From Spirochaetaceae bacterium (GTDB lineage Bacteria; Spirochaetota; Spirochaetia; B11-G9): a stretch of 64,000 bases of DNA. Of this stretch, positions 38,556 through 49,211 are shown in pieces. Position numbers and translations under genes: made by a program. How positions within the stretch are numbered: the stretch's first letter is position 1; each line of letters opens with the position of its first letter. The stretch is from the NCBI GenBank assembly GCA_015493635.1, contig WGCU01000077.1, positions 23,153 to 87,152 of the forward strand. Reading direction: 5' to 3'. A model generated the notes under the pieces. It was given only the letters and a program-made list of their open reading frames with translations. It did no database searches and was not told the DNA's origin.

Positions 38556-39301
38556 TGAGTAAACCAAAAGTAGCTTTCTTTGATTTTACATCCTGTGAGG
38601 GATGCCAGCTGTCCATTCTTAATCTTGAAACAGAATTACTGGATCTGCTGGAAATTATCGATATAGTGGAGTTCAGAGAAGCAATGAGTGAAAAATCTCC
38701 GGTTTTTGACATTGCTGTTATAGAGGGGAGTTACTCCCGGGACAGTGATTTGAAGCGGCTTAAAAAAATACGTGAAACAGCCTCGGTTGTTGTAGCCCTC
38801 GGAGCTTGTGCCCACATAGGAGGGATAAACGCTCTCCGCAACAGTCAGAACAAGGAAGATTTGATGAAAAAGGTGTATCCTGATAATCCGTTCCTGTACG
38901 AAACGAACGAAAAAGCTCTTCCGATCTCGGGAGCTATCAAGGTAGATGCCTTTGTTCCAGGGTGTCCCGTTGATGTCAAGGAGTTTGTACGGGTTGTCAA
39001 GAACCTTGTCCTTGGTAAAGATCCGGGACTCCCGACCTACCCCGTCTGTGTTGAATGTAAATTAAACGAGAATGTCTGTGTGTATGAGCTGGGAAAAACC
39101 TGTCTCGGTCCGGTGGTACGTGCCGGCTGCAATGCCGTCTGTACGAGCAGCGGAGGTGTATGCATCGGCTGCAGAGGACTTATCCCGAATCCTAATATTA
39201 ATTCCCAGAAAGATATTATGGAGAAATACGGCCTTGATATGAAGCGGATTATCGATTCCGTCAATATGTTCATGACTGAAGATGCCAAGGGGGTACAATA
39301 A
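38555..39301 (+). CDS. Group 3b [NiFe]-hydrogenase small (delta) subunit
   Basis: FTSCEGC, GACA, PGCP, VCVEC...C...CLGP...GC...C...CIGCRG. Confidence 0.92.
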   Translation: MSKPKVAFFDFTSCEGCQLSILNLETELLDLLEIIDIVEFREAMSEKSPVFDIAVIEGSYSRDSDLKRLKKIRETASVVVALGACAHIGGINALRNSQNKEDLMKKVYPDNPFLYETNEKALPISGAIKVDAFVPGCPVDVKEFVRVVKNLVLGKDPGLPTYPVCVECKLNENVCVYELGKTCLGPVVRAGCNAVCTSSGGVCIGCRGLIPNPNINSQKDIMEKYGLDMKRIIDSVNMFMTEDAKGVQ

Positions 39302-40602
39302 TGGGCGAAACAATTACTATTGGGGTAAATCACATAACCCGGGTTGAAGGTCACGGAAATATAAAGGTAGATGTTCAAAACGGTGAAGTAAAAGAATGCA
39401 AACTTGAAATTGTAGAAGCACCCCGTTTTTTTGAAGCGATGCTTGAGGGAAGACACTATACGGAAGCATCTCTGATAACATCAAGGATCTGCGGTATCTG
39501 CTCGGTCGGGCACCAGCTTGCGTCGGTAAAAGCAACGGAGGATGCCTTTGGCATAAAACTTTCAAAGCAGAACAGGCAGCTTAAAACACTCCTGGACATG
39601 GGACAGTATTTTGAATCGCACGTGCTGCACACCTACTTTCTCGCGGTTCCGGATTTTGTCGGCGCCCCCTCGGTCTTTCCCCTTATTGCTACCCATAAGG
39701 ATGTCGTCCTCTCAGCATTAAAATTAAAAAAACTGGGACATGATATAGGGGATATGGTCGCAGGACGCCTCGTTCATCCTATTTCCATGACACCCGGAGG
39801 ATTTACCATGATGCCGACGGAAAAGAAACTGGAAGAGATTCTCGACCGGATTCAGGATGCAAAGGGTGAACTGGAAGACGGAGCAAAACTTATTTCCCAG
39901 CTGAAGCTCCCTGATTTTCAGCGGGAAACTGAGTATATATCCCTCTACAAAGAGGGAGAGTACGCTTTTATAGACGGGAACATCTATTCCAGTGATAAGG
40001 GTGAAATTTCCTACAAAGATTACAGGAACGTAACAAACGAATACCTTGTTCCCCACTCAACTGCCAAAAGAACCCGTTTTTCCCGCAGTTCATACATGGT
40101 TGGAGCCCTCGCGCGATTCAACAACAACTACTCCTGGCTCAGTGACAGTGCCAAGGAAGCAGCCGAAACACTTGGCCTGAAACAGGGCTGCTACAACCCG
40201 TATATGAATACGGTCGCGCAGATGGTGGAGCTGTTTCATATTATCGATAACAGCACAGCTATCATTGAAGACATGCTCTCAAACGGTATAAAAGATGAAA
40301 AACCGGTGGTTCCGGAACTTAAAAACTGTACCGGTGTCGGGGCAGTGGAGGTCCCCCGGGGGATTCTGTTCCATGAATATACCTATGATGACAAGGGGTT
40401 CATTACAAAAGCGAACTGTATTATCCCTACCGGCCAGAACCTGCAGAACATTGAAGATGATATGAACGAGATTGTTCCTGCCGCGCTGAAGGTCCGTTCA
40501 AAAGAAGAGCTGACCCTCGATCTTGAAATGCTTGTCCGGGCGTACGATCCGTGTATATCCTGCTCATGTCACCTGCTGGATGTTGAATTTATAAATGAAT
40601 AA
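39301..40602 (+). CDS. Group 3b [NiFe]-hydrogenase large (alpha) subunit
   Basis: TRVEGHG, L1 EAPRFFE...RICGIC, L2 RAYDPCISCSCH with a cleavable C-terminal extension. Confidence 0.95.
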   Translation: MGETITIGVNHITRVEGHGNIKVDVQNGEVKECKLEIVEAPRFFEAMLEGRHYTEASLITSRICGICSVGHQLASVKATEDAFGIKLSKQNRQLKTLLDMGQYFESHVLHTYFLAVPDFVGAPSVFPLIATHKDVVLSALKLKKLGHDIGDMVAGRLVHPISMTPGGFTMMPTEKKLEEILDRIQDAKGELEDGAKLISQLKLPDFQRETEYISLYKEGEYAFIDGNIYSSDKGEISYKDYRNVTNEYLVPHSTAKRTRFSRSSYMVGALARFNNNYSWLSDSAKEAAETLGLKQGCYNPYMNTVAQMVELFHIIDNSTAIIEDMLSNGIKDEKPVVPELKNCTGVGAVEVPRGILFHEYTYDDKGFITKANCIIPTGQNLQNIEDDMNEIVPAALKVRSKEELTLDLEMLVRAYDPCISCSCHLLDVEFINE

Positions 40603-41047
40603 CCCGGTCCTTGTCCTCGGCGTAGGGAATCCTCTACGCCGGGACGACGGGATCGGTCCCGCGGTTATACGGAAACTGTCAGAACGGAAAGAGGAATCAT
40701 GTATCCTTCCTGACACAGATATTGTTGACGGAGGAACTGACGGCCTGGGGCTTATTGAATACTTCAAAAAGTATAAAAGAGTCATCCTTGTTGATGCTGT
40801 TGAAATGGGAAAGCCCCCCGGAAGTATTAAAATTTTCACCCCGGATGAAGCTGTTTTACACAGCGGCACCGATTCACTCTCTACCCATGGTTTCGGTATT
40901 CCGGAACTTATTAACCTTGCCCGGGAACTGGACATCCTTCCCGATCTTACGGTCATCGGCATACAGCCGGAAACAACGCAATACGGACTTGAACTCTCAA
41001 AAACCGTTTCATCCTGCATTGAGAAAGTGTGCCGGCTTATTGAATAA
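40595..41047 (+). CDS. Hydrogenase maturation protease
   Basis: GVGNPLRRDDGIG, DGGT, ILVDA, STH, GIQP. Confidence 0.93.
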   Translation: MNNPVLVLGVGNPLRRDDGIGPAVIRKLSERKEESCILPDTDIVDGGTDGLGLIEYFKKYKRVILVDAVEMGKPPGSIKIFTPDEAVLHSGTDSLSTHGFGIPELINLARELDILPDLTVIGIQPETTQYGLELSKTVSSCIEKVCRLIE

Positions 41048-41071
41048 AATAAAAGCAGTACGTATGCAGCC

Positions 41072-41100
41072 TTGCACATTGGATTGCTTTCTGGTATGGT
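41072..41100 (+). promoter_or_regulatory. Putative sigma70 promoter TTGCAC-17-TATGGT upstream of the riboswitch
   Basis: Boxes at 41072-41077 and 41095-41100, TG extension. Confidence 0.55.
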
Positions 41101-41110
41101 CAGCTTAACA

Positions 41111-41177
41111 GCTCATATATTTCTGGAGATAGGGTCCGGAAGTTTCTACAGGCAGCCGTAAATTGCCTACTATGAGC
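41111..41177 (+). ncRNA. Purine riboswitch aptamer, guanine-specific (C74)
   Basis: P1 GCTCATA/TATGAGC; P2 TTCTGGA-GATAGGG-TCCGGAA; J2/3 GTTTCTAC; P3 AGGCAG-CCGTAAA-TTGCCT; J3/1 AC; lies directly upstream of purL. Confidence 0.93.
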
Positions 41178-41303
41178 GGAGACAGCTTCTATATCAGACC
41201 TCTCTTCTTTTTATAAAACAGCACCAATGCTGTTTTTACAGAGTGGGGGGCAGAAGGTTCTCTCCGCCGGCCCTTATTTTCCGGCCTGGAGGGTCCTTCT
41301 AAA

Positions 41304-44300
41304 ATGCACAGTTCCTTTCGTGTCTTTGTAGAGAAGAGGCACGGCTATTCGGCAAAATCAAAAAACATTCTGAAAGAGCTAAAGAGCCTTTTTCATCTCC
41401 CTTTACTGGAAGATGTGAGACTCATAACATTTTACGAAATCTTCGGGCCTTCCCCGGAAGAAGGGATGAAGTACGCAGAGGAGATCCTTTCCGAACCCCC
41501 TGCGGATATCTTTTCTACGGAATTTCAATCCTCAGAAGGAAGATTTATTGCCGCGGAGTACCTGCCGGGTCAGTTTGACCAGCGGGCCGATTCAGCAGAA
41601 TCCTGTTTTGCCCTTCTTCTGGGCCGTGACGGAGTTTCCGTAAGGTCCGGACAGATACTGGATCTTACCGGCAGTATTTCGCAGGAGGAGTACAGCCGGA
41701 TAAAGGACTACTGGATAAACCCCGTTGAGATGAGGGAGAAGCGTTTTGAACCGGAGCCCGCTCTGGGAACTTACCCGCCGCCGGAGAAACCGGAAATACT
41801 TACCGGATTCACCGCCGCAGGAAAAGATGATCTGGAGAAGATTATCTTAAAATACGGTCTTGCAATGGACATAAAGGATCTGATGTTTACTCAGGAGTAC
41901 TTCAAGTCAATAGACAGAGATCCTTACCTTGGCGAGATCAGGGTAGTGGACACATACTGGTCGGACCACTGCAGACACACCACCTTTGAAACTGAACTTT
42001 CGGAAATAGAATTTCCTTCCCGGGGAATTACAGAGCCTGTCAGGGAGGCATGGGAAACCTACCTGGCTGCCCGGAATCGTACCGGTAGAGAGTCGAAACC
42101 TGTTACCCTTATGGACATAGCAACAATATGGGGAAAGGATATGCTCAAACGGGGTAAACTCGAAGACCTGGAGGTATCCGAGGAGATAAATGCCGCAAGC
42201 GTAAAGATAAAAGCGGATACACCCTCCGGAGAAATTGACTGGCTTATGATGTTCAAGAATGAAACCCACAACCATCCCACGGAACTCGAGCCCTTCGGAG
42301 GAGCATCCACCTGTATCGGAGGGGCCATAAGGGATCCTCTTTCGGGAAGAGCCTTCGTATACCAGGCGGCAAGGATTACCGGAAGCGCGGATCCCAGAAA
42401 GGGACCCGAAGAAACCCTTAAAGGGAAACTGCCCCAGAGGTACATTACAACGAGAGCCGCCGCCGGCTACAGTTCCTACGGGAACCAGATTGGGCTCGCT
42501 ACATCCTTTGTCAGGGAGATATACGACAGCGGTTACGCAGCAAAACGGATGGAGGTTGGAGCGGTAGTTGGCGGTGCCCCGGCGGAACATGTTATCCGTG
42601 AAGCTCCGGCTCCCGGAGACGTAGTGCTTGTAATAGGGGGTGCAACGGGCAGAGACGGATGCGGGGGTGCTACAGGATCCTCGAAGAGCCACAAGGAAGA
42701 CTCCATAACCACAGCGGGAGCGGAGGTTCAAAAGGGGAACGCCCCGGAGGAAAGAAAACTCCAAAGACTTTTCCGAAGCAAGAAAGCTGCATCCATAATA
42801 AAGAGATGCAACGACTTCGGGGCCGGGGGAGCATGTGTTGCAATAGGGGAGCTCAGTCCCGGGGTAAGGATACACCTGGACAGACTTCCGGTTAAGTACC
42901 GGGGACTTTCGGCAACGGAACTGGCAATATCCGAATCCCAGGAAAGGATGGCCGTTGTAGTAGCCGCCGAAAACCGGGACAAGATGATAGAACTGGCGGC
43001 AGAGGAGAACCTCGAAGCCGTGAGCGCCGCGGAGATAACGGATAACCGGCGGCTTATAATGGAGTACGGCAGCGAAAGAGTTGTGGATATCAGCCGCAGC
43101 TTTCTCGACACCAGCGGAGTTGACCGGAAAACAACGGCAAAGATAAAAGAGATCGATCCCCTGACAGCCCCTTTCACACCGAAGGCGGATGGAGAAAGCA
43201 TAAAAGAAAAACTTTTAAACCGCTTAGGCAGACTCGATGTTGCCGGCAGAAAGGGTCTTGTAGAGATGTTCGACAGCACCGTGGGCGCCGGAACAGTACT
43301 TATGCCCCTTGGCGGGGTGTATCAGGAGACGGAGGCTGAAGCCTCGGTTCATCTCCTGCCCATTACAGGAACGAAGACTGCCAGCGTTCTTGCCGCGGGC
43401 TACAACCCTGAGATTTCAAAGTGGAGCCCCTTTCACGGCGCTGTTTATGCGGTTACAGAAGCCCTGTCACGGATTGCAGCTGCCGGAGGGAACTGGGAGA
43501 AAACAAGGTTCAGCTTCCAGGAGTACTTCCCCTCCCCCGGCAGCAATCCTCAGATGTGGGGGCTGCCCCTTTCGGCCCTTTTAGGGGGATTATGGGCTCA
43601 GGCAGCCTTTGACCTTCCGGCGATCGGGGGAAAGGACAGCATGTCGGGAACCTTCGAAAACCTTACTGTACCCCCTGCTCTTATAGCCTTCGGGGTAACC
43701 ACCGCCAGGGGTGACAAGGTTATATCCCCGGAACTAAAAAAGGCCGGTAATTCCCTGTATCTTCTCTACACTCCCAGAGACAGCAGCCTTCTGCCGGAGG
43801 TCGGGGTCTTCAAGAAAAACATGCGGATTCTGCAGGAGGGGATAAAAGGGGGCAGGATAGTTTCCGCCTGGAGCCTTAAGGAGGGGGGACTGGCCGAAGC
43901 CCTCGCCAAGGTATCCTTCGGCAACAGACTCGGAGCGGAGGTGGACCTGACCGGCATTGATATCGGCCTGTTCGATCTCTCCTACGGAAGCTTCCTGATA
44001 GAAGCGGAGCAGGGGTCTAACATCCGGGAAGCTGAAAGGTTAGGAGAGGTTATCCCCTCCCGGAAACTCAAACTGAAAGGGGAACATGGAGAGGAAACCA
44101 TAGCCTTAAAGGAAGTCTTCGAAGAAAGCAGGAAAACTCTTTCGGAAGTTTTTCCCCTTTCCAATTCACCTGAGGGAGATGTCAGGATCAAAGAGAATCT
44201 GAAGACTAAACAGACAGCAGCCGGGTTTAAAGAGAGTCTTGCATCCCCGGTAATCCCCACCCCTCCCAAAGTAATTATCCCCGTGTTCTACGGAACCAAC

Positions 44301-45053
44301 TGTGAGGATGAAAGCACTCTGGCCTTCCGGAAAGAGGGAGCGGATGTGGAAACCTTTATATTCAGAAACAGAAGCTCTTCGGATGTAAAGGAATCCATAA
44401 GAGTTCTGTCGGAGAGGATAAAAAACAGCCGGATACTCTTTCTTCCCGGAGGGTTCTCCGCCGGAGACGAGCCTGACGGATCGGGAAAGTTTATAGTCTC
44501 TGTTCTCAAGACCCCTTCGGTATCGGATGCGGTAAGCACCCTTCTGGAAAAAGAGGGGCTTATCCTTGGTATCTGCAACGGCTTTCAGGCCCTTATAAAA
44601 TCGGGGCTCCTCCCCTACGGGAAGATCGGAGGCGTGGATGAAAAATCTCCCACCCTTATCGAGAACACCGTCGGGAGACACATCTCTGCAATTGCACCGA
44701 CCAGATACACCGGAGCTTCATCTCCCTGGCTGGAAGGATTTACCGAAGGGGAGATCCATCACCTTCCTTTTTCCCACGGCGAAGGCAGATTCAAGGCTGA
44801 ACCGGAGGTTCTGGACAAACTGTTTGCCTCCGGCCAGGTAGCTTTTCAGTACGCTGACCTTAAGGGCAATCCTCTTACAGGGGAGGACTGCATAAACGGA
44901 AGTGACGGAGGAGTGGAAGGGATCATCTCTCCGGACGGCAGGATCCTGGGGAAGATGGGGCACAGTGAAAGATACAGGGATATGCTCTATAAAAACTATC
45001 CCGGATTCAAACATCAGAACATATTTGCAGCTGGAGTAAGATATTTTAAGTAA
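41304..45053 (+). CDS. purL: Phosphoribosylformylglycinamidine synthase, large single-chain form
   Basis: YWSDHCRH, KNETHNHPTE, DFGAGG, SESQERM, GGKDSMS, glutaminase GICNGFQ, MGHSER. Confidence 0.96.
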   Translation: MHSSFRVFVEKRHGYSAKSKNILKELKSLFHLPLLEDVRLITFYEIFGPSPEEGMKYAEEILSEPPADIFSTEFQSSEGRFIAAEYLPGQFDQRADSAESCFALLLGRDGVSVRSGQILDLTGSISQEEYSRIKDYWINPVEMREKRFEPEPALGTYPPPEKPEILTGFTAAGKDDLEKIILKYGLAMDIKDLMFTQEYFKSIDRDPYLGEIRVVDTYWSDHCRHTTFETELSEIEFPSRGITEPVREAWETYLAARNRTGRESKPVTLMDIATIWGKDMLKRGKLEDLEVSEEINAASVKIKADTPSGEIDWLMMFKNETHNHPTELEPFGGASTCIGGAIRDPLSGRAFVYQAARITGSADPRKGPEETLKGKLPQRYITTRAAAGYSSYGNQIGLATSFVREIYDSGYAAKRMEVGAVVGGAPAEHVIREAPAPGDVVLVIGGATGRDGCGGATGSSKSHKEDSITTAGAEVQKGNAPEERKLQRLFRSKKAASIIKRCNDFGAGGACVAIGELSPGVRIHLDRLPVKYRGLSATELAISESQERMAVVVAAENRDKMIELAAEENLEAVSAAEITDNRRLIMEYGSERVVDISRSFLDTSGVDRKTTAKIKEIDPLTAPFTPKADGESIKEKLLNRLGRLDVAGRKGLVEMFDSTVGAGTVLMPLGGVYQETEAEASVHLLPITGTKTASVLAAGYNPEISKWSPFHGAVYAVTEALSRIAAAGGNWEKTRFSFQEYFPSPGSNPQMWGLPLSALLGGLWAQAAFDLPAIGGKDSMSGTFENLTVPPALIAFGVTTARGDKVISPELKKAGNSLYLLYTPRDSSLLPEVGVFKKNMRILQEGIKGGRIVSAWSLKEGGLAEALAKVSFGNRLGAEVDLTGIDIGLFDLSYGSFLIEAEQGSNIREAERLGEVIPSRKLKLKGEHGEETIALKEVFEESRKTLSEVFPLSNSPEGDVRIKENLKTKQTAAGFKESLASPVIPTPPKVIIPVFYGTNCEDESTLAFRKEGADVETFIFRNRSSSDVKESIRVLSERIKNSRILFLPGGFSAGDEPDGSGKFIVSVLKTPSVSDAVSTLLEKEGLILGICNGFQALIKSGLLPYGKIGGVDEKSPTLIENTVGRHISAIAPTRYTGASSPWLEGFTEGEIHHLPFSHGEGRFKAEPEVLDKLFASGQVAFQYADLKGNPLTGEDCINGSDGGVEGIISPDGRILGKMGHSERYRDMLYKNYPGFKHQNIFAAGVRYFK

Positions 45054-45065
45054 GGAGGCATTTTT

Positions 45066-45545
45066 ATGCAGGTGGCGCTGATTATGGGATCAAAATCCGA
45101 CACGAAGAGTATGGCCCCCGCCGCTGAACTATTAAAGGATTTTGGAGTAAAGGCACGTTCCTTCATTCTCTCCGCCCACAGGGTACCGGAGAAGCTGGAG
45201 GAGGTTCTAAGGGAGCTGGAAAAAGAGGATACCGTCTGCATAATTGCAGGAGCCGGCCTAGCGGCGCATCTGCCCGGGGTTATTGCATCAAAGACGCTGA
45301 TCCCTGTTGTGGGGGTACCCCTGGATGTAAAGCTCGGAGGAATGGATGCCCTTCTCTCCATAGTCCAGATGCCCAAGGGAATACCCGTGGCAACGGTCGG
45401 GATAGGCAACTCGGTAAACGGAGCACTGACAGCACTGCAGTTTGCCGCCGCAGCTGATCCGTCTGTAAAAGAAAAACTGTCTGAATACAGAAAAAACATG
45501 AAAGAAAAATTTTTATCCGAAAACGGAGGGGAGATTACGTTATGA
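45066..45545 (+). CDS. purE: N5-CAIR mutase / AIR carboxylase
   Basis: [32 protein letters not shown]. Confidence 0.96.
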   Translation: MQVALIMGSKSDTKSMAPAAELLKDFGVKARSFILSAHRVPEKLEEVLRELEKEDTVCIIAGAGLAAHLPGVIASKTLIPVVGVPLDVKLGGMDALLSIVQMPKGIPVATVGIGNSVNGALTALQFAAAADPSVKEKLSEYRKNMKEKFLSENGGEITL

Positions 45546-46258
45546 CAAAAGGGAAGATGATCTATGAGGGAAAGGCAAAACAGCTCTTTGAGACTGAAGA
45601 CAGGAACAAAGTACTGGTCTATTTCAAGGACGATGCCACTGCATTGAACGGAGCCAAGATGGCTCAGATTCACGACAAGGGAATTGTAAACAACAAGATT
45701 ACATCCATGCTTTTCAAGCTGCTGGAGAAAGAGGGAATTCCGACCCATTTTATCGATAGAATAAGCGACAGGGAACAGCTCTGCAGGAAAGTCGATATCT
45801 TCCCCCTTGAGGTAATTGTAAGGAACGTTGTTGCAGGGCACATGGCTGAACGTGTAGGGCTTCCCGAGGGAACGGAGATACCCAACACCATATTCGAGAT
45901 AAGCTATAAAAAGGACGAACTCGGAGATCCGCTTATAAACGATCACTATGCGGTAGCCCTGGGTGCGGCCACCTACGAAGAACTCAAAGAAATCTACGCC
46001 ATGGCCGGCAGAATAAACAAGATCCTTATCGATTTCTTTGCCACCCTGGGTTTGAGACTTGTGGACTTCAAACTCGAGTTCGGGAAGGACGAAGAGGGGA
46101 ACATTCTTCTTGCCGACGAGATAAGCCAGGACACGTGCAGACTGTGGGATCTTGAAACCGGGAAAAAGATGGACAAGGACCGGTTCAGAAGAGACCTGGG
46201 AGATCTGGAAGAGACCTACCGGGAAATTCTGAAACGTGTGGAGTCAAAGCTTAAATGA
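45542..46258 (+). CDS. purC: SAICAR synthetase
   Basis: [41 protein letters not shown]. Confidence 0.96.
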   Translation: MTKGKMIYEGKAKQLFETEDRNKVLVYFKDDATALNGAKMAQIHDKGIVNNKITSMLFKLLEKEGIPTHFIDRISDREQLCRKVDIFPLEVIVRNVVAGHMAERVGLPEGTEIPNTIFEISYKKDELGDPLINDHYAVALGAATYEELKEIYAMAGRINKILIDFFATLGLRLVDFKLEFGKDEEGNILLADEISQDTCRLWDLETGKKMDKDRFRRDLGDLEETYREILKRVESKLK

Positions 46259-47622
46259 ACGACAAGATGGAGGAAGAATGCGGAGTTTTCGGGGTATTCG
46301 GAAGCTCCGGGGATGAAACTGCCAACCTGATCTATTCGGGACTCCTTGCCCTCCAGCACCGGGGGCAGGAGAGTGCCGGAATTTCCATCCAGACCGGTGA
46401 GAAGATAATAACCCGCAAAAGCATGGGACTGGCCAGCGAGGCTTTCAAGGCAGTAAATCCGGAAACCCTAACGGGAACATCCGGGGTCGGCCATGTAAGA
46501 TATTCAACATCAGGGGATAAAAGTCTTACCAACGCCCAGCCTCTGGTGGGACACTGCAAACTTGGGGACCTGGCAATAGCCCATAACGGGAACCTGGTCA
46601 ACGCGGATATTATACGGTCCCTTATGGAGGACGGAGGCACCGTTTTTCAGACAACCAGCGACTCCGAAATTCTGCTGAACCTGATATCCAGAGGAGCTTC
46701 CTCCGGGAGCTACGACAAGGCTATAAGGGAGGCTGCAAGTGCGGTAAAGGGATCCTACTCAACCATTATACTTACCGAAGACCGCCTTGCCGCAGTAAGA
46801 GACCCCTACGGGATAAGGCCCCTCTGTATCGGCAAACTGGGGGATATCTACATAGTATCCTCCGAGACCTGCGCCCTGGATGCGGTGGGAGCCGACTTTG
46901 TAAGGGACATTGAACCGGGAGAGCTGGTTTTCATAGACAAGAACGGAATCCACAGCGAGATAACGGGAAAGGGAAGTGAACAGAACACATGTCTTTTCGA
47001 GTACATCTACTTCGCCCGTCCTGACAGCGTAATAGACGGCATAAGTGTCTACAGGTTCAGGTACCAGAGCGGAATGGAGCTCTACAACGAACATCCGGTC
47101 AAAGCTGATGTAGTTGTAGGAGTTCCAGACTCCGGACTTGCTGCTGCCCTGGGTTATGCGGCAGCTTCCGGTATTCCCTTTACCCACGGACTAATAAAGA
47201 ACAAGTACAGCGGGAGGTCCTTCATCGCCCCCTCCAAACACTTAAGGGAGCAGACCGTAAACGTCAAGCTTAACGTACTTAAGGAAGAGGTAAATGGGAA
47301 GCGGGTTATTCTGATTGATGACTCTCTTGTCCGGGGAACTACGAGTAAAAAGCTGATCAAGTCTTTACGAAAAGCGGGAGCTGAGGAAGTGCACCTGGGG
47401 ATTGTTTCACCCCCGGTTACACACTCCTGCTACTTCGGAATAGACACCCCCTACAGAACCGAGCTTATTGCCGCGGGAAAGAGTACCGAAGAGATATGCC
47501 AGCTTATAGGTGCCGATTCTCTCTTCTACATTTCTCCCGAAGGTGTGCTGAAGTCCACGGGAAAAGAGAAGGGATTCTGCATGGGCTGTTTTAACGGGAT
47601 CTATCCCATGTCATACAGTTAA
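46255..47622 (+). CDS. purF: Amidophosphoribosyltransferase (propeptide, Fe-S type)
   Basis: [50 protein letters not shown]. Confidence 0.97.
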   Translation: MNDKMEEECGVFGVFGSSGDETANLIYSGLLALQHRGQESAGISIQTGEKIITRKSMGLASEAFKAVNPETLTGTSGVGHVRYSTSGDKSLTNAQPLVGHCKLGDLAIAHNGNLVNADIIRSLMEDGGTVFQTTSDSEILLNLISRGASSGSYDKAIREAASAVKGSYSTIILTEDRLAAVRDPYGIRPLCIGKLGDIYIVSSETCALDAVGADFVRDIEPGELVFIDKNGIHSEITGKGSEQNTCLFEYIYFARPDSVIDGISVYRFRYQSGMELYNEHPVKADVVVGVPDSGLAAALGYAAASGIPFTHGLIKNKYSGRSFIAPSKHLREQTVNVKLNVLKEEVNGKRVILIDDSLVRGTTSKKLIKSLRKAGAEEVHLGIVSPPVTHSCYFGIDTPYRTELIAAGKSTEEICQLIGADSLFYISPEGVLKSTGKEKGFCMGCFNGIYPMSYS

Positions 47623-47631
47623 GAGGTAAAG

Positions 47632-48639
47632 ATGAGTAAAAACTACAAAGAGGCCGGAGTGGACAAGGAAGAGGGATACCGCTCCGTATCCCTTATGAAA
47701 GAGCACGCGGCCAAAACCGCAGACAGGAACGTTCTTGGCGGGCTGGGGAGCTTTGCCTCCCTGTACGCTCTTCCGGCTATGGAAGAACCTGTTCTGGTCA
47801 GCGGAACCGACGGGGTAGGCACGAAACTGGAGATTGCCCTTAAACACAGAGTTTACGATACAGTGGGAAAGGACTGTTTCGCCATGTGCGCCAACGACGT
47901 CCTGTGCCATGGGGCGAAACCCCTGTTTTTCCTGGACTACCTTGCCTGCGGGAAACTGGAAGCGGAGGTTGCATCGGAAATTGTAAAGGGGATCTCCGAA
48001 GCCTGCACAGAGGCACAGTGCTCCCTGGTCGGCGGAGAGACCGCCGAGATGCCCGGATTCTACCGGAAAGGAGACTATGACGTTGCAGGTTTCTGCGTCG
48101 GAGCAGTGGAACGGAAGAAAATAGTCGACGGTTCAAAGGTAAAAGAAGGTGATCTCCTTCTCGGGATCGAGTCCTCGGGCATTCACAGCAACGGATTCAG
48201 TCTGGTAAGAATGCTCTTCAAGAATATGGAGGCCGATTTTGAAGGCTCTCCCCTGTACAAGACCCTTCTTACCCCCACAACCTTATACGTTACGCCCGTT
48301 TTGAAGCTTCTAGGGCAGATTGATATCCGCGGAATGGCCCATATAACCGGCGGCGGACTTCCGGAGAATCTTCCAAGAACCATCCCCGAGGGTCTCGGCG
48401 TAAGGGTTGACAAGAGTTCCATACCCGTTCCTTCAATCTTCAAATACATTCAGGAACAGGGAGTGGAGGAAGAGGAGATGTGGAACACCTTTAACATGGG
48501 TATAGGATTTGTTCTTGTTATGGATCCTGCAGATTTTCAGACAGCCCGCAGGCTGCTTGAAAAAGAGGGGCTTGAATCCTTCGCAATAGGTTCTGTGGTA
48601 AAGACAAAGAATCCGGAGGAGAAGTTTTGCTTCGTATAG
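47632..48639 (+). CDS. purM: AIR synthetase
   Basis: YKEAGVD, SGTDGVGTK, GGETAEMPG, HSNGFSL, HITGGG, FNMGIG. Confidence 0.97.
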   Translation: MSKNYKEAGVDKEEGYRSVSLMKEHAAKTADRNVLGGLGSFASLYALPAMEEPVLVSGTDGVGTKLEIALKHRVYDTVGKDCFAMCANDVLCHGAKPLFFLDYLACGKLEAEVASEIVKGISEACTEAQCSLVGGETAEMPGFYRKGDYDVAGFCVGAVERKKIVDGSKVKEGDLLLGIESSGIHSNGFSLVRMLFKNMEADFEGSPLYKTLLTPTTLYVTPVLKLLGQIDIRGMAHITGGGLPENLPRTIPEGLGVRVDKSSIPVPSIFKYIQEQGVEEEEMWNTFNMGIGFVLVMDPADFQTARRLLEKEGLESFAIGSVVKTKNPEEKFCFV

Positions 48640-49211
48640 GGGTTCTCATATCCGGCGGAGGAACCAACCTTCAGGCGCTTATTGATGCCGTAGATGGGGG
48701 TATTCTGGATGCACGGATTACCAAAGTAATCGCCGACCGACCCGCCGGGGGGCTTAAAAGGGCAGCATCAGCGGGAATACCCGCCATTATGCTGGACAGG
48801 ACGATCTACGGAAAAGAGCTTTCCGAAAGGATTATGGAGGAGCTTAAGGGGGAAGCGGACATTGTTGTTCTTGCAGGTTTTCTGTCTATTCTGGGCAGCT
48901 CTTTTGTGAAAGCGTACAGGGGCAGGATAATAAACATCCACCCATCCCTGCTGCCATCCTACGGAGGTAAGGGGATGCACGGCATTCATGTACACGAAGC
49001 TGTTATAGCCGCAGGGGATAAGTACAGCGGCTGCACCGTTCACCTTGTGGAAGAGGGAGTGGATACGGGGAAGATTCTCGCTCAAAAAAAGGTAAGAGTA
49101 GTACCCGGCGACACCCCGGAAAGTCTTGCCAAGAGGATTCTTGAAGAGGAGCACTCCCTTCTCATATCCGCAGTCAAGAATATGGCAAAGAGCATGGAGG
49201 ATAAACAATGA
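48627..49211 (+). CDS. purN: GAR transformylase
   Basis: ISGGGTNLQA, LAGF, INIHPSLLP, GCTVH, VDTG. Confidence 0.96.
   Translation: MLRIGVLISGGGTNLQALIDAVDGGILDARITKVIADRPAGGLKRAASAGIPAIMLDRTIYGKELSERIMEELKGEADIVVLAGFLSILGSSFVKAYRGRIINIHPSLLPSYGGKGMHGIHVHEAVIAAGDKYSGCTVHLVEEGVDTGKILAQKKVRVVPGDTPESLAKRILEEEHSLLISAVKNMAKSMEDKQ

Noticed and set aside
40540-40575. Possible selenocysteine ([NiFeSe]) large subunit
   Set aside because: The L2 motif reads DPCISC with Cys codons and no in-frame TGA.
41215-41237. AAAACAGCA-CCAA-TGCTGTTTT as the riboswitch terminator
   Set aside because: The stem is AU-rich and the U tract is part of the stem. It does not compete with P1, so the SD-sequestering model fits better, though termination is not excluded.
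41907-45946. Minus-strand ORFs of 322 aa and 310 aa
   Set aside because: Antisense shadows of purL, purE and purC.
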